IMG/VR virus record: IMGVR_UViG_2974512537_000001
Span: 17,077-81,076 of that record
Length of the DNA: 64,000 nt
DNA from: a virus
Taxonomy: Duplodnaviria > Caudoviricetes
Direction: 5' to 3' (one strand)
The notes beneath the pieces are model-generated. The model had not been told where the DNA came from. It saw nothing but the letters and a program-made list of their open reading frames with translations, and searched no databases. The position numbers and the translations under genes are program-made. This document shows positions 29,419 to 40,329 of the stretch, piece by piece (the first letter of the stretch is position 1; the number at the start of each line of letters is the position of its first letter).

Positions 29419-29889
29419 CTAATTCTTGTCGATAGGTGCTTGTGAAGCAACGGGTGCTTCCGAACTAGCACTTGCTTGTGAGGTTACAGGAGCGCTCGAA
29501 CTAGCGCTCTCTGGTAACTTATCAGCCGGTTGTGATTCGTTAACGTGCTTCTTTGCTTCTTCTAGCGTTTTTTGAGCCTCAACCAATTTATTCAACAGGT
29601 CTTGTTCGCTCTTTGTTAGGCTATCAGAGTTGCTCTTAATATCGTTACCGACATGTTCAAGGATAGAGTTATCCGTGACAGTACCGACAAATGTAAGCAC
29701 AGAACCAACAATGGTGAATACCATCAATACTTCACTATTGTCAATTTTCAATCCAAAGAATGCCGAACCAACAGCTAAGCCAATGATAAAGATAGAACCA
29801 ATGACTTGTAACCAGTAGCTAGGCTTGTCCTTGTTAGCTTCATACGTTTTTACGAACTGTGAAATAAAGTTGTTAAATGCAGTTTTCAT
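29419..29889 (-). CDS. holin-like membrane protein
   Basis: Two TM helices, charged/low-complexity tail, in the lysis cassette. Confidence 0.65.
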   Translation of the reverse strand: MKTAFNNFISQFVKTYEANKDKPSYWLQVIGSIFIIGLAVGSAFFGLKIDNSEVLMVFTIVGSVLTFVGTVTDNSILEHVGNDIKSNSDSLTKSEQDLLNKLVEAQKTLEEAKKHVNESQPADKLPESASSSAPVTSQASASSEAPVASQAPIDKN

Positions 29890-30215
29890 TTTTTGTTTTG
29901 CCCCTTCCATAGTGACCGTAACTCTTCATCATGTCTTGCGATTGTGACTTTGATTTCACCAATCTCTTCTGAGTGTTCTTTCAACGCGTTTGTAAACATT
30001 GTAGAACTTTCTTGTTGTGACGCCGATAATCGGTTAATTGTTTCACCTAAGTCGCTGATTTTATCCATCAACGGGTCAACGATGACTCGTTTAAACAACC
30101 AAGATATTAATGATACAAAAGCGCTTATGATGGCAATTAATTCCACCCACTCGTTTAAATTATATCCGAGGATAACATGTGGAGGAACCGTAGCAATAAT
30201 GTTACCTAACAGCAT
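29886..30215 (-). CDS. single-TM + coiled-coil lysis-cassette protein
   Basis: TM LIAIISAFVSLISWLF followed by heptads; between lysin and holin. Confidence 0.6.
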   Translation of the reverse strand: MLLGNIIATVPPHVILGYNLNEWVELIAIISAFVSLISWLFKRVIVDPLMDKISDLGETINRLSASQQESSTMFTNALKEHSEEIGEIKVTIARHDEELRSLWKGQNKK

Positions 30216-30230
30216 AGTGTTCCTCCTCCA

Positions 30231-31625
30231 TTATTTGATAATCAGTCTTTGGCCGGGATAAATCGTGCTATACATTGAAATTCCGTTTAGGCTAGTGATG
30301 TTGCTGATAGTAGTTCCGTGGTTGTTGGCAATCTTCCATAGGCTATCACCAGACTTAACTGTGTAATAGGTATGAGAAGCACCAACAACACGCTTGCCGT
30401 AGCTTTGACCACCGTTTACGCCTAATGCGATATAACCATAACGGCCGTTAGAACGTGAATATCTCGCCCAGACATAATCAGACTTGATAATCACTTGATT
30501 GTACTTAACACTTTCACCCTTGTAATAGGTCGCTACCTTAGCGTAGTTAGTACCGGCACCTGTACGGACGTTTAAAGTCGTGTTAGGATAGAACGTACCA
30601 TTTTGGTTGTAGGTTTGGCTAGTAGCCTTGTGGCTGTTAGCTGGTTTAGCGTGTGAGCTAACATTTTGTTTTGCAACGTATTCAGCTAACGTCCAGCCAA
30701 TGACGGTTTTGCCGTTCTTTAATAATACCATTTGGTTAGATTTACCTTGCGTTACTTGCTTGATTTGACCAACGGTGTAGGTCTTCTTTAAAGCAGAACT
30801 AGCAACTGAAACCTTAGAATCGCCAACGTTCCATTTAGCTCCACTGGACTTAATCTTGACCTTATCGCCAACCTTAAATCCACCAACGTAATATTTCTTT
30901 ACGTTTTGTTGACTCGCGGAACCAGAACCAATCCACCATTTAACAGGGTGCTTAGCTGTGATGACCTTGCTGGTATCTACGCCTCGTCCAAGACTGGTTG
31001 AGTAACCAGAATCCGTGTACTGCCACATGGAAGTGTTGCCGTTGAGGTAGCGGTTACTATAATTGGCTTCCCAGAAAGCGTCATAGTTGGCCATGCTTCT
31101 AATATAGCTGTTGTAGAAGTAGCTACCAGAATACAGGATAACTGGACGACTCGTTAAACGTTGCATTTCTGCGCCCCAAGACTTAACGGCACTGGCATAG
31201 GAACCACTGGTAGTAGTATATTCTTCGGCGTCATTAACAAAGAATTTGGCGTGCTTAGCACGGTTATAAAGGTCACGGGCTTCTTGCTTGGCGTCAGAAG
31301 CGTTCACATACCGTGAGTATGAATAAACGCCATATGGCGTCCCAGCCTTTTCTAGGTTAGCGATTGTGTTCTGGTATTGAACATCTTTATAATTAGAGCC
31401 ATACTGAACACGCACAATCACAAATGACGTTTCAGACTTCAAGGCTAAGGCTTTTTGGTAGCTTACATAGCCTTGCCATTCTGAAATATCAATGACCTTT
31501 TTAACAACAGCGCCGTGACTGGTGTTAGCGGCACTAGCGTTTTGTGGACTGACAGCAGAGGCAGATAATCCTAACGATAATGCCAAAGCAGTACCACATA
31601 ACAAATGCTTTAGTTGTTTTTTCAT
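30231..31625 (-). CDS. endolysin: signal peptide, GH25 muramidase, SH3b, LysM
   Basis: VIDISEWQG, DAEE, MWQYT; LNVRTGAGTNY SH3; YTVKSGDSLWKIA LysM; start at ATG 31625. Confidence 0.9.
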   Translation of the reverse strand: MKKQLKHLLCGTALALSLGLSASAVSPQNASAANTSHGAVVKKVIDISEWQGYVSYQKALALKSETSFVIVRVQYGSNYKDVQYQNTIANLEKAGTPYGVYSYSRYVNASDAKQEARDLYNRAKHAKFFVNDAEEYTTTSGSYASAVKSWGAEMQRLTSRPVILYSGSYFYNSYIRSMANYDAFWEANYSNRYLNGNTSMWQYTDSGYSTSLGRGVDTSKVITAKHPVKWWIGSGSASQQNVKKYYVGGFKVGDKVKIKSSGAKWNVGDSKVSVASSALKKTYTVGQIKQVTQGKSNQMVLLKNGKTVIGWTLAEYVAKQNVSSHAKPANSHKATSQTYNQNGTFYPNTTLNVRTGAGTNYAKVATYYKGESVKYNQVIIKSDYVWARYSRSNGRYGYIALGVNGGQSYGKRVVGASHTYYTVKSGDSLWKIANNHGTTISNITSLNGISMYSTIYPGQRLIIK

Positions 31626-31746
31626 TTTGTCGTCCCCTTTTGTGTTTTTGTGTTTTTGTTTATTGATAGTTTTAAAAATAAAATTCAAATTTTATTCTAA
31701 ATTAAGATGAGTGCCTTTAACTTGTGCTTATTCAATTGTCTACCTC

Positions 31747-32259
31747 CTATTTTAATATGTCTTCTGGTGCCAGTGAGTATGGCGTTGCAGTGGTTCCTTT
31801 CTCTAATTTCAAGAACCTAACATATACGTCCATTGTTCCATAAAAATCAAAAGCATATCCTTTGCTATTAAATGAAGTCGTTCTTGAAACCCGTTGCCAA
31901 TCATTAGTTGGAGTCATGCTGGCCATCTGTTCGGGGTCTTCCCAATTTTCCCAGCCTAGTCTGCTAACTATACCGGTTCCTTTAACCTCGGCCGAGATAA
32001 CATACTTTCCGGTTGTTGGAAAATTAAACCACCTATAAAATCCTGAACTATTGCTAGTGCCAATGACATGTAGCGCTACTTCACCACTGTCCATTGTGAC
32101 TTTCTGGATTGTACCGCCCGAGTTATTAGTAATGCCACCAAATGAAAAATCATATGAACCACTAATCAGATTTCGCCCGTAAACTTGCTTGCCATTGCTG
32201 AAAACCTTGTCAACTGCCTTGCCATCTTTAATCCATGCACCATGTGTTATATCTGCCAT
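31747..32259 (-). CDS. tail accessory protein with carbohydrate-binding-like domain
   Basis: GRNLI... and LKLEKGT.ATPYS.APED CBM-flanking motifs. Confidence 0.65.
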   Translation of the reverse strand: MADITHGAWIKDGKAVDKVFSNGKQVYGRNLISGSYDFSFGGITNNSGGTIQKVTMDSGEVALHVIGTSNSSGFYRWFNFPTTGKYVISAEVKGTGIVSRLGWENWEDPEQMASMTPTNDWQRVSRTTSFNSKGYAFDFYGTMDVYVRFLKLEKGTTATPYSLAPEDILK

Positions 32260-32264
32260 TTAAA

Positions 32265-32771
32265 TCACCCCTGAATCACGTATAAACCAGTTTTGTCGGT
32301 TAATGAATCATACTGTTCTTGGGTAACGATTTTAACAGTATTGGCAACAATAGTATTAAATTTATTAACAAAATCATCAAAAGAAATCGTAGTAATCGTG
32401 CTACCATTAGCGCTCTGAATGTTATTATTGATTGTGAACCCTGTTAAAGCACCACTAGGGTAGATAGCGACCCCACTATCATAAGTTACCCAAACCTCTA
32501 ACAAGTAAGAACCTGCTGGAAGCCCACTCATAAAATCAGAGTCAAACTTAATGACTACTTTACCAGACAATGGGTCTTGAATATTATCAGATGTAATTGT
32601 TTGCGATTTTAGGTAGCCCGTGCTGTTACCTAGCTTGGCAACAATGCTCTTTGCGTTAGTGAGGTCAACAGGATTGCTATCTTCACCCAATACCATCACA
32701 AAACTGGTAGTCGTGTCGCCAATTTTTACGGTTTGAGCGGAAGTGTCAGTAAATTCTAATGTTTTTGCCAA
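32265..32771 (-). CDS. BppU-like baseplate protein
   Basis: VDLTNA, G.V.I.F, LPAGSY.LEVWV...G..IYPS. Confidence 0.7.
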   Translation of the reverse strand: MAKTLEFTDTSAQTVKIGDTTTSFVMVLGEDSNPVDLTNAKSIVAKLGNSTGYLKSQTITSDNIQDPLSGKVVIKFDSDFMSGLPAGSYLLEVWVTYDSGVAIYPSGALTGFTINNNIQSANGSTITTISFDDFVNKFNTIVANTVKIVTQEQYDSLTDKTGLYVIQG

Positions 32772-32787
32772 ACTAAATCATTCCTTT

Positions 32788-33210
32788 CTACCGCTTGTCA
32801 AAGTCAACGTCTAACGCTTCACATAACGCGTCATAACACATTGCTTCATCACCAGACACGTTAATGTCGGCATGTAACAAAAAGTCTTGACAGTCTTCTT
32901 TATGGTGTGAATAAGTGGCCTTTTCAATTTCGCCGTTTTCCATCATCAGTTCAAAATAAGCATTTTTGAAGGCTTCCCCGTTTTCCGGGGTAAATTGATA
33001 TTGGTCGTTTTTGACAATCAATTCGCCATTGTCATCTTTTGAAGCGTATTCCTTAATCATGTCGGCTTGAAGACCGGCAATTTCCTCGTTTTTGTCGGCC
33101 AACATTTTAATCAGTCGTGTTCGAGCGATTGATTGATAACCAGCAAGTGGCAACCGTTTTAAAAATTCAATTGATGGTGCAACGAATTGATTTTGTAATT
33201 CAAATTTCAT
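32788..33210 (-). CDS. DUF1617-like phage protein
   Basis: SIARTRLIK, YA.KD.NGE signature. Confidence 0.65.
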   Translation of the reverse strand: MKFELQNQFVAPSIEFLKRLPLAGYQSIARTRLIKMLADKNEEIAGLQADMIKEYASKDDNGELIVKNDQYQFTPENGEAFKNAYFELMMENGEIEKATYSHHKEDCQDFLLHADINVSGDEAMCYDALCEALDVDFDKR

Positions 33211-33223
33211 AATTTAAACCCTC

Positions 33224-33445
33224 CTATTTTGCTTCATCGGTCGGTCTTAATGCTGTTAAACTGTCAATTAATGTGTTCAACACTTTTAGTTTAACATTAT
33301 CAACACCACCCACAATAGCAGTATTAAACTCGTCCATGGCAATGCTTACTTGTGAACTGATTGCTAGACTATTAATCTGAATACTAATGGTCATGATATT
33401 GTTCGTATAATCTGGTTTATAGTTCGTAATCAAAATGTTATCCAT
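33224..33445 (-). CDS. hypothetical tail-region protein
   Basis: Coupled to the tail fibre gene. Confidence 0.6.
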   Translation of the reverse strand: MDNILITNYKPDYTNNIMTISIQINSLAISSQVSIAMDEFNTAIVGGVDNVKLKVLNTLIDSLTALRPTDEAK

Positions 33446-36400
33446 TTAATTTTGCCTCCAATTCTAATAAATGTCCGTTTAGCTTATCAATTTCCTTTTG
33501 TTGTTCTTGTATAGTTGCTAACATAGCATTTTGAAGTACGATATTCTCAATACCGGATAGCTTTCCATCTTCATCACGTGCAACAAAGATGTCTGGTAGA
33601 TTCCATTGCTTGTCCTCGTTAACATCATCAACAATCCCTGATAGTCTAAGGTTGCTGGTATTATCATCATCTTTATACTGGTAGGTTGCTAGGTCGATTG
33701 AGTTAACTAACTGCGCCCAATAAGCTGTATCAGTCTTTTTAACGCCCTTCTTCTCAGATAACAGCGATTTAGATACAGACCCCTGATAGTTTAGACTAGC
33801 TACATTTAAGTCAGCTCTTCCACCTTTACCTGAGTTGATATAAAGTCCCTTACCATCTTGCATAGTAATAGAATGAGCGGTGTTAATACCAATATTACCA
33901 ACCTGTATATTACGTTTAAATTCAGTGTAGTTTGAACCAGCCTTGTCAATACCAAAGTTAATAATCTGATTGCCGTTAACGTCACCAATCCGCCACCAAG
34001 CAGAATCAGATTGTCCACGTATGTTACCATACGCGTCCATAGTCATTCCGTTGCTACCAATATTACCGGATTTACCAGCGAAGTTTATTTGTTGTGTTGG
34101 CCCATATAGATAGATTCCTGTGGCTGGCGTCACATCAACATAACCCGTGATTGTTTGCGGCTTATTGAAGTCTGAATCCTTAGATGTTGTATATCCAGAC
34201 TGTGAGTGGAATCCTTGACCGTCCAATGCCGAATTATAAGCGGTGAAGTGTCCGTCACTACCGGCTACCATTGAGCGGAACTTGTGTTGCAACCCCCCAG
34301 ATTCGATGATTGATTGTAACCCAACCATCTGGTCGTAGAACGTTGTCTTGTATGTTCCGTTAGACTCAATGGTCATTGGATAAAAATGAGAAGTGTTGTG
34401 TTGGTTATTGATAACGTCCCCACCGTGGAAAGTTGCACCGTTGATGGTTACGCCGGTAATTGTACCGGCATTTATTGTTGGCGAATACAATTTACCGCCG
34501 TTAAGCGTCATATCCTTAGCCGTTATCGCACCATTTTGGCTTACCGTAAAAGTTCCATTGTTGGTCGTGAAAGTGTTAGCCGCAATATCAGCCGCTGTCA
34601 ATTTTTTGCCAACAAGGAGCGTGTCGATATTAGCACTTTTCATAATAACGGGGTTAGCACTATCAAGGAAAACGCTATTGGCAGACAATGTCAGTTGACC
34701 ACTAGATGAAATCAAAGTTTTACCAGCTTGAAGATTAATCTGGTCAAGCAAACCATCTTTAGTAACTCTAAGATTAATATTATCAGACATCTGAGAAATC
34801 ATTGAATCTTGACCACCATATACATAAGGTGTCGCAGTGTCACCGGGTTCCATCTTTAGTTCAGTAAAGAACAAACCAGAAGAAGCTCCGTTATTAGAAC
34901 CTATATTATCGACCCTGATATAACCTTCATTATCATTGGCCCCAGTTGTAAATGTAACTGTGTACTGGTCAATGTGCGATGGAGAAGTCACTAAACTCGT
35001 GAATAGTCCGTGAACGGTGTCGTAGTCTTTAGTAGAACCATAAGCACGTGATAAGAAATATACATTAGCTCCAACAACGTTAGACGAGGCAAATGCTTTA
35101 AATTGGAACGTATATTTAGTGTTTGGTAATACTGAAAAGCGCAATGAACCAGCGGCAGAAGTTGCATTTTGTGCTGTATAGAGTTGTAATAGCTTTCCAG
35201 TTCCATTTTGATAGAAGTTATGGGTCACTGCTAATAGTTGCTTATCAGTTGCGCCCCACGCCATTAACTGCCAACCTTCTAATGAATCTGAAAAATTACT
35301 AGAGTAAGGTATTAAATTAACATTGTTAGCGTCTTTCTTAGAAACCTTGCTTAAAATCGCGTTATCAGTTTGCGATTTATATGAATTAAAGTCCGTAGAT
35401 GTAACTTTCGAGGCAATCTGTTGAGCAGTTGTAGTTTGATAAGCCTCAAAGTCTTTGGTAGCTACCTTTTGAGAAATTAAATCAGCCGTTTGTGATTTGT
35501 AAGTTGAAAAATCGCCGTTACTTACTTTTTCGGCAATTAATTTATCCGTCTGTGTCTTATAGGTATTAAAGGCGCCATTGCTTACCTTATCTGCAATTTG
35601 GTTAGCGGTTTGCGTCTTATCTGATTGATAAGTGCCATTATCGACCTTAGAATCAATCAATTTATCAGTCTGCGTTTGATAAGTCTTGAAGTCATCGGAG
35701 GACACTTTAGAAGCGATAGCGTTAGCCGTCTGTGTTTTATCGGATTGATAAGTTCCATTATCGACTTTAGACGCAATCAATTCTGCGGTTTGATTTTGGT
35801 AAGTCTTAAAAGCACCATTATCAACTTTCTGTCCGATTAACTCATCGGTTTGAGTTTTGTAAGAATTAAAGTCGCCGCTACTTACTTTTTGGTCTATCTG
35901 ACCACTCAACTGTGTGATTTGAGAGTTAGTAGCTTGGTCTTCGGGGTTGACCGAATAATCAGTAGCTACACTACCTTTTTCAAACTTAGCTTTAAAATCA
36001 TTATATTTTCTAAAAGATACTCTAACATATGCCGTGGCAGAAGTGGTGGTTAAAGTTTTAGATACATGTTCTGTTGTATCCGCAGATTGCGTAGCCCCAG
36101 CTCCAGAAGGCCGTGAAATAAATTTTTTGTCAGAGTCGTATTGTCCAATGCCATACCAGTAGTAGTTTCCTTTCGGAGTAGTGCCCCACATTTGAAAAGT
36201 GTAGGCAGAACTAGCACTCACCGGAATATAATCAGACGCTATTTCATTCTGGAAAGAAGAAGCTGGGTCAACATTTCCAGTTCCACTATCTATATACCCA
36301 GATGTAGCCGTTGATTGCGAAAACAGGTTGGTTCCAACTGTGCTATTATTCACCTGTGTTTGCAATGTTTGAAAATCCTTAGATTCAACCTTACTAATAA

Positions 36401-37877
36401 TTGCTTTATCAGTTTGTGACTTATATGAATTAAAGTCGGCAGAAGATACTTTTGAGGCAATTTGGTTTGCTGTCTGTGTCTTATCTGACTGATAGGTGCC
36501 ATTATCAACCTTTGAGTTAATTAATTCGGCAGTTTGTGTCTGATAGGTCTTAAAATCGCCATTATCGACCTTGCTTCCAATTAACTCGTCAGTTTGTGTT
36601 TTATATGTTGAGAACTCGCCATTGCTTACTTTGTCTGCAATTTGACTGGCGGTTTGTTCTCTGTCAGATTTGTAATCGGAACTCGAAACTTTGCTTGAAA
36701 GTGCCTTATCAGTTTGGGCTTGATAAGTTTCAAACTCACCAGAGGAAACCTTAGAAGCAATAGCTTCGGCAGTTTGTGTTTTATCAGTTTGATAGGTTCC
36801 GTTGTCAACCTTGGATTCAATTAACTCGCTGGTTTGAGTTTGGTAAGTTTTAAAGTCGGCTTCCTTAACCGTTTGAGCAAACTGACTGGCGGTTTGTGTT
36901 TGATATGAATCGAACGTGTCATTAGAAACCTTTGTGCCCAAACCATCTTCTAGTTGTGCAATGGTTACGGTTGAGCCGCCCCTTAACTTCACAATTTCAG
37001 CGTTAGCACCGTTAGCCGTGTCAAGAGCACTGTTGGCTTTTGATGAAGCTTCGGCGGCAGTTTTAGAAACTTCTGACACAGCACTTGCCTGTGAAGCAAT
37101 CTGTTCATCGGTGTAATCAGCGGCTGATTGTGCTTTATCAAGAGCACTGGTAGCCGCTTCCTGTGCTTTAGCAGTGGCCGCAGATTGTTTAGCGATTTCA
37201 GCGCTAGTCTTGCCGTCAACCTCTTCGGCCTTAGCAAGAGCGCTATCGGCCGCACTTTGAGCTTTAGCGGTAGCTGTGGACTGCGCGGCTATTGCTGAAT
37301 CGGCTTGACTACCAATCACTTGGGCTTGGCTAAATGCGCCGTCAGCGGCACTTTGAGCCTTAGCAGTAGCTGTTGATTGTACAGCTATCTCTGAATTGGC
37401 ATAAGTGTAGGCACTATCTGCGGCTGATTTAGCAACATTAGCTGTTGAGGCCGCTTGACTTATGGCACTCGCGGCACTGGTGAATTTATCGTTTGTGTTA
37501 TTTTGTAAAGCGTTTTGAAGCTTTGCTAATTCTTCATTGTAAGCGTCTTGATACTTTTTGTATCTTGCACGGTCAATATCACTAGCATGGTCAGGGTCTG
37601 CCAGAATATCGGCCATAAATATGTTTAAATTGTTATATGCCGTAGTTACGGCGGTTATATCAATTCCCTCATCTTTAGCGTTCTGAACGAGAACGTTATA
37701 TTGAGATGTTAAACCGGCGAATTGTACGATATTGTTTTGTTTTTCAATGACGTTCATCATATTAGGGTCATTTAAGTTTTCAACGCCCCTAACCGCCTTG
37801 TCGGCAGTATCCTGTGAATCTTGCGCTAGTCTAGTAGGGTTGGTGATATTAACTTCAACGAATGCGCTTCGTGACAT
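33438..37877 (-). CDS. tail fibre / host-specificity protein
   Basis: Ala-rich coiled coil, ~18 aa F.TYQTQTA..IASKV repeats, two CBM-like inserts, C-terminal S74-like chaperone (SLLSEKK.V...YQYK). Confidence 0.8.
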   Translation of the reverse strand: MSRSAFVEVNITNPTRLAQDSQDTADKAVRGVENLNDPNMMNVIEKQNNIVQFAGLTSQYNVLVQNAKDEGIDITAVTTAYNNLNIFMADILADPDHASDIDRARYKKYQDAYNEELAKLQNALQNNTNDKFTSAASAISQAASTANVAKSAADSAYTYANSEIAVQSTATAKAQSAADGAFSQAQVIGSQADSAIAAQSTATAKAQSAADSALAKAEEVDGKTSAEIAKQSAATAKAQEAATSALDKAQSAADYTDEQIASQASAVSEVSKTAAEASSKANSALDTANGANAEIVKLRGGSTVTIAQLEDGLGTKVSNDTFDSYQTQTASQFAQTVKEADFKTYQTQTSELIESKVDNGTYQTDKTQTAEAIASKVSSGEFETYQAQTDKALSSKVSSSDYKSDREQTASQIADKVSNGEFSTYKTQTDELIGSKVDNGDFKTYQTQTAELINSKVDNGTYQSDKTQTANQIASKVSSADFNSYKSQTDKAIISKVESKDFQTLQTQVNNSTVGTNLFSQSTATSGYIDSGTGNVDPASSFQNEIASDYIPVSASSAYTFQMWGTTPKGNYYWYGIGQYDSDKKFISRPSGAGATQSADTTEHVSKTLTTTSATAYVRVSFRKYNDFKAKFEKGSVATDYSVNPEDQATNSQITQLSGQIDQKVSSGDFNSYKTQTDELIGQKVDNGAFKTYQNQTAELIASKVDNGTYQSDKTQTANAIASKVSSDDFKTYQTQTDKLIDSKVDNGTYQSDKTQTANQIADKVSNGAFNTYKTQTDKLIAEKVSNGDFSTYKSQTADLISQKVATKDFEAYQTTTAQQIASKVTSTDFNSYKSQTDNAILSKVSKKDANNVNLIPYSSNFSDSLEGWQLMAWGATDKQLLAVTHNFYQNGTGKLLQLYTAQNATSAAGSLRFSVLPNTKYTFQFKAFASSNVVGANVYFLSRAYGSTKDYDTVHGLFTSLVTSPSHIDQYTVTFTTGANDNEGYIRVDNIGSNNGASSGLFFTELKMEPGDTATPYVYGGQDSMISQMSDNINLRVTKDGLLDQINLQAGKTLISSSGQLTLSANSVFLDSANPVIMKSANIDTLLVGKKLTAADIAANTFTTNNGTFTVSQNGAITAKDMTLNGGKLYSPTINAGTITGVTINGATFHGGDVINNQHNTSHFYPMTIESNGTYKTTFYDQMVGLQSIIESGGLQHKFRSMVAGSDGHFTAYNSALDGQGFHSQSGYTTSKDSDFNKPQTITGYVDVTPATGIYLYGPTQQINFAGKSGNIGSNGMTMDAYGNIRGQSDSAWWRIGDVNGNQIINFGIDKAGSNYTEFKRNIQVGNIGINTAHSITMQDGKGLYINSGKGGRADLNVASLNYQGSVSKSLLSEKKGVKKTDTAYWAQLVNSIDLATYQYKDDDNTSNLRLSGIVDDVNEDKQWNLPDIFVARDEDGKLSGIENIVLQNAMLATIQEQQKEIDKLNGHLLELEAKLNG

Positions 37878-37889
37878 TTAAAAACCTCC

Positions 37890-40277
37890 TTAGTCGTTAT
37901 CTGTGCCATCATCACCATCACCGCCACCACTGATAACTGGCATTTCTGGCCGGTAAATAATGTCCGTAACATATTGCATTTGTCGCTTCGGTGGCTGACT
38001 GTTTGATGGAGTGACGCTAAATGAATGAACTAAAGTTCTTTTACCGTTAATTGTTGCGAATGATAGACTTTCTGGTTCAATTATTTTGTCAGTTGGCAAT
38101 CCTAGACCGATTAACGGGTCGTAATACGGGTGAATAACTTCGCCACGGTGTAAAATGTTTACACAGTAGAAAGAACATGTTTTGGCTAGATATTGGTTAC
38201 CAACGCTCCAATAAACGTATGGAAAATCTAATGCTTGTCCCTGAAAAATATCGGAGTCACCGTTAAAATCATAATCAAGCATGTCGATTGAATACAGAAC
38301 TGTTTTAACGCCGGATAATAGGTCGCCTACGTCCAATATAAAGAACTTGTAACCACCACTACTGTAACCCATCATATTATGAGCTCGGTCAAAACTAACA
38401 CGAGGATAGCCACCGGGAGTTAATAAGTGTTCTGTGTCGTTAATGTCTAGCGTCTTGCCAGCTTTAAATTGGAATCTAACAATATCCCAGTTACCTTGAC
38501 TGTTTCTTTGGTTAGTAATAATCCACGGTTCACCATTTTGATACATGACGCCAAACGAAGTGCCGTGTCCGCCACCTTTTAAAACCATTTTATCAATGAG
38601 CTTAAAGTCTTTATCACGGTGCATATAATTGCAATCATCACCGGAAGTTGCGGCTGACACGTACCAAGTACCATCGTCCAACTGTTCGAGGTGTTGTGCA
38701 ATACGGTGAACGTCACTATCATACGGGTCAAACTCCCCAATCTTCTTGTAACCATTCGGGTCAACCGTTAACTCTGGTTCGTCCGAGATATAGTCACCAT
38801 CAATATACGCTCTAATGTTACCCATCAAAGATGGTGTCACACTAACTAGATTACCAGTTGCTTCCCAGTTCGGGTCGATTGAACCGTCTGTGTTAATGTG
38901 TCGCCATGCAAAACCTTTTTTGTCAACATATGTGCTGATGTTTTGCTTTCCGACAAATGCACTTAATAATAGACGTTTTGAAGTTTCGCCCTGTGCAAAG
39001 TCAAGGCCATCTGGGTGTGACAATACTGGGGTAATAGCCGTAGCGTCATTGATAGCCTTAGCAACAGCGTCCGATAATGCTGATTGATAATTAGTCAACC
39101 ATGCTGGGGTAGCTACTGGAACGGTTACGAACTCACCAAAGGCAATGGAACTTGAATATGGCGATGAGAAGCTGATTGTTCTTTGAATAACTCGTCCAGT
39201 GGCGTTTAACGCTGGTGTAATGTGTTCGTCTTTAAAACGAATCGTAGCACCTAATGGCGGTAAAAATCCGGGGACAACATTGACTTCGTAATAAGTTCTA
39301 GGGTGGTTGAATAGTTTCAACATCTGTTTAGCCCAAGACTTTAACCCAGCGTTATCATTAATCTGGTTCGCAGAAATAACACCCTCTAGGTATTTGCCCT
39401 CTAATGACCCCTCATAATTATATTTTTCATTAGCGTCATCATCAACAATATAGGTAGCTCCATTGTTGTTAGGAGCCATTGTTGAACCGTTTGAACCATA
39501 AGCGTATAGTTTAGTAATAGGAGCTGAAACCGTAACACGTTTAATGTTTGTAATGTTTGTGCCAAATACGGCCTCTTGGTAAACAATACCAGAAGACAAT
39601 TCGTCTGCTACTTCTACTACTTTTTCTACGATTTTACCTTGTGTGTTGATTTCAACATAAGCGTCAATTTCAACGTCAAACATTTGTAGTGCATTTTGTA
39701 GTAGAACAGTACCTTTTGTTTTACCGTCAAAAGAATCTGAATCTACTAAGGACACGCTATTTGTATTATACTTTACTTGCCAACCAGAATTTTGAAAGAC
39801 CTTACTAAAAACTTGTTGTACATTCTGCTTTGTGACTGTTGCTTTTAATGGAACTGTAAAAGCCAAATCTCTTAACATCATATTGCATACATACGCAACT
39901 GTGTTTACAGAAGTTGTTGCGGTTGATTCTTCCGATGTTGAATAAATGTACATAACGTACCAGCGGTTAAGGTAGTCGTCATGATATGCTAAATAGTTAC
40001 CAGATACTACTTTATCACTGTCTGGTTGTCCTTGTGGAACCGTAATAGTACCGCTGTGGTCATATTTCTTTGATTGTGCGTTAAGGTTGGTCTTGCCATC
40101 AAAACTATCTTGCGTACCAACACTAACGTCATCATCATATTGTGTATTTTGTTGGTCTGAATCCGCCAACTGCATAGTAATGGAGTCGTTAGTAAATTTT
40201 GTAGCTCCATCAACAGTCAATAGGCCGACATTGTTAAAATGTGAATCCAAAATGAGATATTGATTACCTAATGACAT
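37890..40277 (-). CDS. Tal-like baseplate hub with C-terminal beta-propeller
   Basis: ITKLYAYG and Y.V motifs of the Tal family; GGGHGTSFGV propeller motif; follows Dit. Confidence 0.75.
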   Translation of the reverse strand: MSLGNQYLILDSHFNNVGLLTVDGATKFTNDSITMQLADSDQQNTQYDDDVSVGTQDSFDGKTNLNAQSKKYDHSGTITVPQGQPDSDKVVSGNYLAYHDDYLNRWYVMYIYSTSEESTATTSVNTVAYVCNMMLRDLAFTVPLKATVTKQNVQQVFSKVFQNSGWQVKYNTNSVSLVDSDSFDGKTKGTVLLQNALQMFDVEIDAYVEINTQGKIVEKVVEVADELSSGIVYQEAVFGTNITNIKRVTVSAPITKLYAYGSNGSTMAPNNNGATYIVDDDANEKYNYEGSLEGKYLEGVISANQINDNAGLKSWAKQMLKLFNHPRTYYEVNVVPGFLPPLGATIRFKDEHITPALNATGRVIQRTISFSSPYSSSIAFGEFVTVPVATPAWLTNYQSALSDAVAKAINDATAITPVLSHPDGLDFAQGETSKRLLLSAFVGKQNISTYVDKKGFAWRHINTDGSIDPNWEATGNLVSVTPSLMGNIRAYIDGDYISDEPELTVDPNGYKKIGEFDPYDSDVHRIAQHLEQLDDGTWYVSAATSGDDCNYMHRDKDFKLIDKMVLKGGGHGTSFGVMYQNGEPWIITNQRNSQGNWDIVRFQFKAGKTLDINDTEHLLTPGGYPRVSFDRAHNMMGYSSGGYKFFILDVGDLLSGVKTVLYSIDMLDYDFNGDSDIFQGQALDFPYVYWSVGNQYLAKTCSFYCVNILHRGEVIHPYYDPLIGLGLPTDKIIEPESLSFATINGKRTLVHSFSVTPSNSQPPKRQMQYVTDIIYRPEMPVISGGGDGDDGTDND

Positions 40278-40329
40278 TCCATTACCTCCAAATCGTTATT
40301 TTATGTACCGAGGGTTTCCCCTCGTGAAA

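Noticed and set aside
35300-36930. Periodic repeats as a possible CRISPR array or DGR template
   Set aside because: They are in-frame degenerate protein repeats without unique spacers; no cas or reverse transcriptase gene in the window.
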